Made by a program: the position numbers and the translations under genes. A stretch of DNA of 64,000 nt from Balanoglossus misakiensis (Eukaryota > Animalia > Hemichordata). Numbering within the stretch: position 1 is the first letter of the stretch; each line of letters opens with the position of its first letter. The notes under the pieces were generated by a model, which worked only from the letters and a program-made list of their open reading frames with translations, was not told the origin of the DNA and ran no database searches. Location: contig CM082577.2 in assembly GCA_040954595.2 (NCBI GenBank), forward strand, positions 20,744,303-20,808,302, in the 5' to 3' direction. Positions 54,201-64,000 of this stretch are shown here, in pieces.

Positions 54201-57200
54201 TGCTTCGGTGATCAGACGAGAACCGGCTTTTTCTACGTGGTATGGCCGTAGGCGAAAGATGGTTGAATTTCTCCTACTATAAACCTGAATCCTACACCAT
54301 TGAACACATAGTCCGACTTGGCTAATTTTTGTGGGTAACCGATCGACCTTCCATAGCTTATAAGGCAAGTGGGATAAAAAGATATGGTTTGTTTTGTTCT
54401 GCAAAAAGTGGTTTTAGAATTCAGGCACTTTCAGAAAAGGAAGAAACGGACACTTACCACAAAATATTATCCTTCAGGCTACTCTTTAATGGAAACGTTG
54501 GAAAAAAATGAAGCCTACAGCACGTAGTATTCCCAGGCGGTCTCCCATCCAAGTACTAACTACGCCCAACGCAGGTTTGCTTCGGTGATCAGACGAGAAC
54601 CGGCTTTTTCTACGTGGTATGGCCGTAGGCGAAAGATGGTTGAATTTCTCCTACTATAAACCTGAATCCTACACCATTGAACACATAGTCCGACTTGGCT
54701 AATTTTTGTGGGTAACCGATCGACCTTCCATAGCTTATAAGGCAAGTGGGATAAAAAGATATGGTTTGTTTTGTTCTGCAAAAAGTGGTTTTAGAATTCA
54801 GGCACTTTCAGAAAAGGAAGAAACGGACACTTACCACAAAATATTATCCTTCAGGCTACTCTTTAATGGAAACGTTGGAAAAAAATGAAGCCTACAGCAC
54901 GTAGTATTCCCAGGCGGTCTCCCATCCAAGTACTAACTACGCCCAACGCAGGTTTGCTTCGGTGATCAGACGAGAACCGGCTTTTTCTACGTGGTATGGC
55001 CGTAGGCGAAAGATGGTTGAATTTCTCCTACTATAAACCTGAATCCTACACCATTAAACACATAGTCCGACTTGGCTAATTATTGTGGGTAACCGATCGA
55101 CCTTCCATAGCTTATAAGGCAAGTAGGATAAAAAGATATGGTTTGTTTTGTTCTGCAAAAAGTGGTTTTAGAATTCAGGCACTTTCAGAAAAGGAAGAAA
55201 CGGACACTTGCCACAAAATATTATCCTTCAGGCTAATCTTTAATGGAAACGTTGGAAAATATTGAAGCCTACAGCACGTGGTATTCCCAGGCGGTCTCCC
55301 ATCCAAGTACTAACTACGCCCAACGCAGGTTTGCTTCGGTGATCAGACGAGAACCGGCTTTTTCTACGTGGTATGGCCGTAGGCGAAAGATGGTTGAATT
55401 TCTCCTACTATAAACCTGAATCCTACACCATTGAACACATAGTCCGACTTGGCTAATTATTGTGGGTAACCGATCGACCTTCCATAGCTTATAAGGCAAG
55501 TGGGATAAAAAAAAATATGGTTTGTTTTGTTCTGCAAAAAGTGGTTTTAGAATTCAGGCACTTTCAGAAAAGGAAGAAACGGACACTTGCGACAAAATAT
55601 TATCCTTCAGGCTACTCTTTAATGGAAACGTTGGAAAAAATGAAGCCTACAGCACGTAGTATTCCCAGGCGGTCTCCCATCCAAGAACTAACTACGCCCA
55701 ACGCAGGTTTGCTTCGGTGATCAGACGAGAACCGGCTTTTTCTACGTGGTATGGCCGTAGGCGAAAGATGGTTGAATTTCTCCTACTATAAACCTGAATC
55801 CTACACCATTGAACACATAGTCCGACTTGGCTAATTTTTGTGGGTAACCGATCGACCTTCCATAGCTTATAAGGCAAGTAGGATAAAAAAATACGGTTTG
55901 TTTTGTTTTGCAAGAAGTGGTTTTAGAATTCAGACACTTGCAGAAAGAGGAAGAAACGGACACTTGCGACAAAATATTATCCTTCAGGCTACTCTTTAAT
56001 GGAAACGTTGGAAAAAATGAAGCCTACAGCACGTAGTATTCCCAGGCGGTCTCCCATCCAAGTACTAACTACGCCCAACGCAGGTTTGCTTCGGTGATCA
56101 GACGAGAACCGGCTTTTTCTACGTGGTATGGCCGTAGGCGAAAGATGGTTGAATTTCTCCTACTATAAACCTGAATCCTACACCATTGAACACATAGTCC
56201 GACTTGGCTAATTTTTGTGGGTAACCGATCGACCTTCCATAGCTTATAAGGCAAGTAGGATCAAAAATATGGTTTGTTTTGTTTTGCAAAAGTGGTTTTA
56301 AAATTCAGACACTTGCAGAAAGAGGAAGAAACGGACACTTGCGACAAAATATTATCCTTCAGGCTACTCTTTAATGGAAACGTTGGAAAAAAAATGAAGC
56401 CTACAGCACGTAGTATTCCCAGGCGGTCTCCCATCCAAGTACTAACTACGCCCAACGCAGGTTTGCTTCGGTGATCAGACGAGAACCGGCTTTTTCTACG
56501 TGGTATGGCCGTAGGCGAAAGATGGTTGAATTTCTCCTACTATAAACCTGAATCCTACACCATTGAACACATAGTCCGACTTGGCTAATTTTTGTGGGTA
56601 ACCGATCGACCTTCCATAGCTTATAAGGCAAGTGGGATAAAAAGATATGGTTTGTTTTGTTCTGCAAAAAGTGGTTTTAGAATTCAGGCACTTTCAGAAA
56701 AGGAAGAAACGGACACTTGCCACAAAATATTATCCTTCAGGCTACTCTTTAATGGAAACGTCTGAAAAAATGAAGCCTACAGCACGTAGTATTCCCAGGC
56801 GGTCTCCCATCCAAGTACTAACTACGCCCAACGCAGGTTTGCTTCGGTGATCAGACGAGAACCGGCTTTTTCTACGTGGTATGGCCGTAGGCGAAAGATG
56901 GTTGAATTTCTCCTACTATAAACCTGAATCCTACACCATTGAACACATAGTCCGACTTGGCTAATTTTTGTGGGTAACCGATCGACCTTCCATAGCTTAT
57001 AAGGCAAGTGGGATAAAAAGATATGGTTTGTTTTGTTCTGCAAAAAGTGGTTTTAGAATTCAGGCACTTTCAGAAAAGGAAGAAACGGACACTTGCCACA
57101 AAATATTATCCTTCAGGCTACTCTTTAATGGAAACGTTGGAAAAAATTGAAGCCTACAGCACGTCGTATTCCCAGGCGGTCTCCCATCCAAGTACTAACT

Positions 57201-60200
57201 ACGCCCAACGCAGGTTTGCTTCGGTGATCAGACGAGAACCGGCTTTTTCTACGTGGTATGGCCGTAGGCGAAAGATGGTTGAATTTCTCCTACTATAAAC
57301 CTGAATCCTACACCATTAAACACATAGTCCAACTTGGCTAATTATTGTGGGTAACCGATCGACCTTCCATAGCTTATAAGGCAAGTGGGATAAAAAAAAA
57401 TATGGTTTGTTTTGTTCTGCAAAAAGTGGTTTTAGAATTCAGGCACTTTCAGAAAAGGAAGAAACGGACACTTGCGACAAAATATCATCCTTCAGGCTAC
57501 TCTTTAATGGAAACGTTGGAAAAAATGAAGCCTACAGCACGTAGTATTCCCAGGCGGTCTCCCATCCAAGTACTAACTACGCCCAACGCAGGTTTGCTTC
57601 GGTGATCAGACGAGAACCGACTTTTTCTACGTGGTATGGCCGTAGGCGAAAGATGGTTGAATTTCTCCTACTATAAACCTGAATCCTACACCATTGAACA
57701 CATAGTCCGACTTGGCTAATTTTTGTGGGTAACCGATCGACCTTCCATAGCTTATAAGGCAAGTAGGATAAAAAAATACGGTTTGTTTTGTTTTGAAAAA
57801 AAGTGGTTTTAGAATTCAGACACTTGCAGAAAGAGGAAGAAACGGACACTTGCGACAAAATATTATCCTTCAGGCTACTCTTTAATGGAAACGTTGGAAA
57901 GAATGAAGCCTACAGCACGTAGTATTCCCAGGCGGTCTCCCATCCAAGTACTAACTACGCCCAACGCAGGTTTGCTTCGGTGATCAGACGAGAACCGGCT
58001 TTTTCTACGTGGTATGGCCGTAGGCGAAAGATGGTTGAATTTCTCCTACTATAAACCTGAATCCTACACCATTGAACACATAGTCCGACTTGGCTAATTT
58101 TTGTGGGTAACCGATCGACCTTCCATAGCTTATAAGGCAAGTGGGATAAAAAGATATGGTTTGTTTTGTTCTGCAAAAAGTGGTTTTAGAATTCAGGCAC
58201 TTTCAGAAAAGGAAGAAACGGACACTTGCCACAAAATATTATCCTTCAGGCTACTCTTTAATGGAAACGTTGGAAAAAAAATGAAGCCTACAGCACGTAG
58301 TATTCCCAGGCGGTCTCCCATCCAAGTACTAACTACGCCCAACGCAGGTTTGCTTCGGTGATCAGACGAGAACCGGCTTTTTCTACGTGGTATGGCCGTA
58401 GGCGAAAGATGGTTGAATTTCTCCTACTATAAACCTGAATCCTACACCATTGAACACATAGTCCGACTTGGCTAATTTTTGTGGGTAACCGATCGACCTT
58501 CCATAGCTTATAAGGAAAGTGGGATAAAAAGATATGGTTTGTTTTGTTCTGCAAAAAGTGGTTTTAGAATTCAGGCACTTTCAGAAAAGGAAGAAACGGA
58601 CACTTGCCACAAAATATTATCCTTCAGGCTACTCTTTAATGGAAACGTTGGAAAAAAAATGAAGCCTACAGCACGTAGTATTCCCAGGCGGTCTCCCATC
58701 CAAGTACTAACTACGCCCAACGCAGGTTTGCTTCGGTGATCAGACGAGAACCGGCTTTTTCTACGTGGTATGGCCGTAGGCGAAAGATGGTTGAATTTCT
58801 CCTACTATAAACCTGAATCCTACACCATTGAACACATAGTCCGACTTGGCTAATTTTTGTGGGTAACCGATCGACCTTCCATAGCTTCTAAGGCAAGTGG
58901 GATAAAAAGATATGGTTTGTTTTGTTCTGCAAAAAGTGGTTTTAGAATTCAGGCACTTTCAGAAAAGGAAGAAACGGACACTTGCCACAAAATATTATCC
59001 TTCAGGCTACTCTTTAATGGAAACGTTGGAAAAAAAATGAAGCCTACAGCACGTAGTATTCCCAGGCGGTCTCCCATCCAAGTACTAACTACGCCCAACG
59101 CAGGTTTGCTTCGGTGATCAGACGAGAACCGGCTTTTTCTACGTGGTATGGCAGTAGGCGAAAGATGGTTGAATTTCTCCTACTATAAACCTGAATCCTA
59201 CACCATTGAACACAGAGTCCGACTTGGCTAATTTTTGTGGGTAACCGATCGACCTTCCATAGCTTATAAGGAAAGTGGGATAAAAAGATATGGTTTGTTT
59301 TGTTCTGCAAAAAGTGGTTTTAGAATTCAGGCACTTTCAGAAAAGGAAGAAACGGACACTTGCCACAAAATATTATCCTTCAGGCTACTCTTTAATGGAA
59401 ACGTTGGAAAAAATGAAGCCTACAGCACGTAGTATTCCCAGGCGGTCTCCCATCCAAGTACTAACTACGCCCAACGCAGGTTTGCTTCGGTGATCAGACG
59501 AGAACCGGCTTTTTCTACGTGGTATGGCCGTAGGCGAAAGATGGTTGAACTTCTCCTACTATAAACCTGAATCCTACACCATTGAACACATAGTCCGACT
59601 TGGCTAATTTTTGTGGGTAACCGATCGACCTTCCATAGCTTATAAGGCAAGTGGGATAAAAAGATATGGTTTGTTTTGTTCTGCAAAAAGTGGTTTTAGA
59701 ATTCAGGCACTTTCAGAAAAGGAAGAAACGGACACTTGCCACAAAATATTATCCTTCAGGCTACTCTTTAATGGAAACGTTGGAAAAAATGAAGCCTACA
59801 GCACGTAGTATTCCCAGGCGGTCTCCCATCCAAGTACTAACTACGCCCAACGCAGGTTTGCTTCGGTGATCAGACGACAACCGGCTTTTTCTACGTGGTA
59901 TGGCCGTAGGCGAAAGATGGTTGAATTTCTCCTACTATAAACCTGAATCCTACACCATTGAACACATAGTCCGACTTGGCTAATTTTTGTGGGTAACCGA
60001 TCGACCTTCCATAGCTTATAAGGCAAGTGGGATAAAAAGATATGGTTTGTTTTGTTCTGCAAAAAGTGGTTTTAGAATTCAGGCACTTTCAGAAAAGGAA
60101 GAAACGGACACTTGCCACAAAATATTATCCTTCAGGCTACTCTTTAATGGAAACGTTGGAAAAAAAATGAAGCCTACAGCACGTAGTATTCCCAGGCGGT

Positions 60201-63200
60201 CTCCCATCCAAGTACTAACTACGCCCAACGCAGGTTTGCTTCGGTGATCAGACGAGAACCGGCTTTTTCTACGTGGTATGGCCGTAGGCGAAAGATGGTT
60301 GAATTTCTCCTACTATAAACCTGAATCCTACACCATTGAACACATAGTCCGACTTGGCTAATTTTTGTGGGTAACCGATCGACCTTCCATAGCTTATAAG
60401 GCAAGTGGGATAAAAAGATATGGTTTGTTTTGTTCTGCAAAAAGTGGTTTTAGAATTCAGGCACTTTCAGAAAAGGAAGAAACGGACACTTGCCACAAAA
60501 TATTATCCTTCAGGCTACTCTTTAATGGAAACGTTGGAAAAAAAATGAAGCCTACAGCACGTAGTATTCCCAGGCGGTCTCCCATCCAAGTACTAACTAC
60601 GCCCAACGCAGGTTTGCTTCGGTGATCAGACGAGAACCGGCTTTTTCTACGTGGTATGGCCGTAGGCGAAGGATGGTTGAATTTCTCCTACTATAAACCT
60701 GAATCCTACACCATTGAACACATAGTCCGACTTGGCTAATTTTTGTGGGTAACCGATCGACCTTCCATAGCTTCTAAGGCAAGTGGGATAAAAAGATATG
60801 GGTTGTTTTGTTCTGCAAAAAGTGGTTTTAGAATTCAGGCACTTTCAGAAAAGGAAGAAACGGACACTTGCCACAAAATATTATCCTTCAGGCTACTCTT
60901 TAATGGAAACGTTGGAAAAAAAATGAAGCCTACAGCACGTAGTATTCCCAGGCGGTCTCCCATCCAAGTACTAACTACGCCCAACGCAGGTTTGCTTCGG
61001 TGATCAGACGAGAACCGGCTTTTTCTACGTGGTATGGCCGTAGGCGAAAGATGGTTGAATTTCTCCTACTATAAACCTGAATCCTACACCATTGAACACA
61101 GAGTCCGACTTGGCTAATTTTTGTGGGTAACCGATCGACCTTCCATAGCTTATAAGGAAAGTGGGATAAAAAGATATGGTTTGTTTTGTTCTGCAAAAAG
61201 TGGTTTTAGAATTCAGGCACTTTCAGAAAAGGAAGAAACGGACACTTGCCACAAAATATTATCCTTCAGGCTACTCTTTAATGGAAACGTTGGAAAAAAT
61301 GAAGCCTACAGCACGTAGTATTCCCAGGCGGTCTCCCATCCAAGTACTAACTACGCCCAACGCAGGTTTGCTTCGGTGATCAGACGAGAACCGGCTTTTT
61401 CTACGTGGTATGGCCGTAGGCGAAAGATGGTTGAATTTCTCCTACTATAAACCTGAATCCTACACCATTAAACACATAGTCCGACTTGGCTAATTATTGT
61501 GGGTAACCGATCGACCTTCCATAGCTTATAAGGCAAGTGGGATAAAAAGATATGGTTTGTTTTGTTCTGCAAAAAGTGGTTTTAGAATTCAGGCACTTTC
61601 AGAAAAGGAAGAAACGGACACTTGCCACAAAATATTATCCTTCAGGCTACTCTTTAATGGAAACGTTGGAAAAAATGAAGCCTACAGCACGTAGTATTCC
61701 CAGGCGGTCTCCCATCCAAGTACTAACTACGCCCAACGCAGGTTTGCTTCGGTGATCAGACGACAACCGGCTTTTTCTACGTGGTATGGCCGTAGGCGAA
61801 AGATGGTTGAATTTCTCCTACTATAAACCTGAATCCTACACCATTGAACACATAGTCCGACTTGGCTAATTTTTGTGGGTAACCGATCGACCTTCCATAG
61901 CTTATAAGGCAAGTGGGATAAAAAGATATGGTTTGTTTTGTTCTGCAAAAAGTGGTTTTAGAATTCAGGCACTTTCAGAAAAGGAAGAAACGGACACTTG
62001 CCACAAAATATTATCCTTCAGGCTACTCTTTAATGGAAACGTTGGAAAAAAAATGAAGCCTACAGCACGTAGTATTCCCAGGCGGTCTCCCATCCAAGTA
62101 CTAACTACGCCCAACGCAGGTTTGCTTCGGTGATCAGACGAGAACCGGCTTTTTCTACGTGGTATGGCCGTAGGCGAAAGATGGTTGAATTTCTCCTACT
62201 ATAAACCTGAATCCTACACCATTGAACACAGAGTCCGACTTGGCTAATTTTTGTGGGTAACCGATCGACCTTCCATAGCTTATAAGGAAAGTGGGATAAA
62301 AAGATATGGTTTGTTTTGTTCTGCAAAAAGTGGTTTTAGAATTCAGGCACTTTCAGAAAAGGAAGAAACGGACACTTGCCACAAAATATTATCCTTCAGG
62401 CTACTCTTTAATGGAAACGTTGGAAAAAATGAAGCCTACAGCACGTAGTATTCCCAGGCGGTCTCCCATCCAAGTACTAACTACGCCCAACGCAGGTTTG
62501 CTTCGGTGATCAGACGAGAACCGGCTTTTTCTACGTGGTATGGCCGTAGGCGAAAGATGGTTGAACTTCTCCTACTATAAACCTGAATCCTACACCATTG
62601 AACACATAGTCCGACTTGGCTAATTTTTGTGGGTAACCGATCGACCTTCCATAGCTTATAAGGCAAGTGGGATAAAAAGATATGGTTTGTTTTGTTCTGC
62701 AAAAAGTGGTTTTAGAATTCAGGCACTTTCAGAAAAGGAAGAAACGGACACTTGCCACAAAATATTATCCTTCAGGCTACTCTTTAATGGAAACGTTGGA
62801 AAAAATGAAGCCTACAGCACGTAGTATTCCCAGGCGGTCTCCCATCCAAGTACTAACTACGCCCAACGCAGGTTTGCTTCGGTGATCAGACGACAACCGG
62901 CTTTTTCTACGTGGTATGGCCGTAGGCGAAAGATGGTTGAATTTCTCCTACTATAAACCTGAATCCTACACCATTGAACACATAGTCCGACTTGGCTAAT
63001 TTTTGTGGGTAACCGATCGACCTTCCATAGCTTATAAGGCAAGTGGGATAAAAAGATATGGTTTGTTTTGTTCTGCAAAAAGTGGTTTTAGAATTCAGGC
63101 ACTTTCAGAAAAGGAAGAAACGGACACTTGCCACAAAATATTATCCTTCAGGCTACTCTTTAATGGAAACGTTGGAAAAAAAATGAAGCCTACAGCACGT

Positions 63201-63563
63201 AGTATTCCCAGGCGGTCTCCCATCCAAGTACTAACTACGCCCAACGCAGGTTTGCTTCGGTGATCAGACGAGAACCGGCTTTTTCTACGTGGTATGGCCG
63301 TAGGCGAAAGATGGTTGAATTTCTCCTACTATAAACCTGAATCCTACACCATTGAACACATAGTCCGACTTGGCTAATTTTTGTGGGTAACCGATCGACC
63401 TTCCATAGCTTATAAGGCAAGTGGGATAAAAAGATATGGTTTGTTTTGTTCTGCAAAAAGTGGTTTTAGAATTCAGGCACTTTCAGAAAAGGAAGAAACG
63501 GACACTTGCCACAAAATATTATCCTTCAGGCTACTCTTTAATGGAAACGTTGGAAAAAAAATG

Positions 63564-63683
63564 AAGCCTACAGCACGTAGTATTCCCAGGCGGTCTCCCA
63601 TCCAAGTACTAACTACGCCCAACGCAGGTTTGCTTCGGTGATCAGACGAGAACCGGCTTTTTCTACGTGGTATGGCCGTAGGC
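63564..63683 (-). rRNA. 5S rRNA: 5S rRNA, last complete copy in the window
   Basis: Matches the 120-nt consensus. Confidence 0.97.
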
Positions 63684-63941
63684 GAAGGATGGTTGAATTT
63701 CTCCTACTATAAACCTGAATCCTACACCATTGAACACATAGTCCGACTTGGCTAATTTTTGTGGGTAACCGATCGACCTTCCATAGCTTCTAAGGCAAGT
63801 GGGATAAAAAGATATGGGTTGTTTTGTTCTGCAAAAAGTGGTTTTAGAATTCAGGCACTTTCAGAAAAGGAAGAAACGGACACTTGCCACAAAATATTAT
63901 CCTTCAGGCTACTCTTTAATGGAAACGTTGGAAAAAAAATG

Positions 63942-64000
63942 AAGCCTACAGCACGTAGTATTCCCAGGCGGTCTCCCATCCAAGTACTAACTACGCCCAA
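63942..64000 (-). rRNA. 5S rRNA: 5S rRNA, 3' half, cut by the window edge
   Basis: aagcctacagcacg...ctacgcccaa runs to the last base. Confidence 0.9.

Larger units (their letters stand above)
1..64000 (-). repeat. 5S rDNA tandem array, about 170-175 head-to-tail units of about 377 bp (variant units about 362, 333 and 245 bp); continues past both window edges
   Basis: The same 120-nt 5S sequence and spacer recur every 376-380 bp across the window with no inversion or foreign insert seen. Copy number is estimated from window length after correcting for deletions. Confidence 0.99.

Noticed and set aside
248-63641. Hundreds of 60-129-aa ORFs (MQNKTNH..., MWVTDRPS..., MDGRPPGN...)
   Set aside because: They are translations of the 5S gene and spacer, many with non-ATG starts. 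Homopolymer indels shift their frames freely between units, and no domain is recognisable.
1-64000. CRISPR array or other repeat-with-unique-spacer system
   Set aside because: Spacers are near-identical rather than unique, the unit is about 377 bp, the repeat is a eukaryotic 5S gene, and there are no cas genes.
1-64000. 5S-derived SINE (SINE3), Cassandra-type element or 5S-targeting retrotransposon insertion
   Set aside because: Genes are complete with their own terminator. I saw no LTRs, tails, target-site duplications or foreign inserts, and unit spacing never exceeds about 382 bp.
1-64000. A-run length differences between units as lineage markers
   Set aside because: Homopolymer length is prone to slippage and sequencing error, so I relied on substitutions and larger deletions.

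Overview
The whole 64-kb window is one uninterrupted, head-to-tail tandem array of eukaryotic, metazoan-type 5S rRNA genes on the minus strand. There are roughly 170-175 units (estimated from length, not counted one by one). Each is about 377 bp: a 120-nt gene plus an AT-rich spacer of about 257 bp. The consensus gene folds into the canonical 5S structure and has a TATA-like element at -30, an internal control region and an oligo-T terminator 2-3 nt downstream. No credible protein-coding gene, transposon or CRISPR array is present; the ORF track is an artefact of the repeat. The interest lies in the array's internal structure. It has 17 pseudogene copies with the same 44-bp deletion across the internal promoter, 2 copies with a 132-bp deletion of the 5' end, 5 copies with an interrupted terminator, a non-canonical box A, two recombining spacer haplotypes, and nested duplications from 0.7 to 6.6 kb and possibly about 38 kb. 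I found no well-supported novel system. The one speculative lead is a possible divergent Sm-class small RNA in the spacer.
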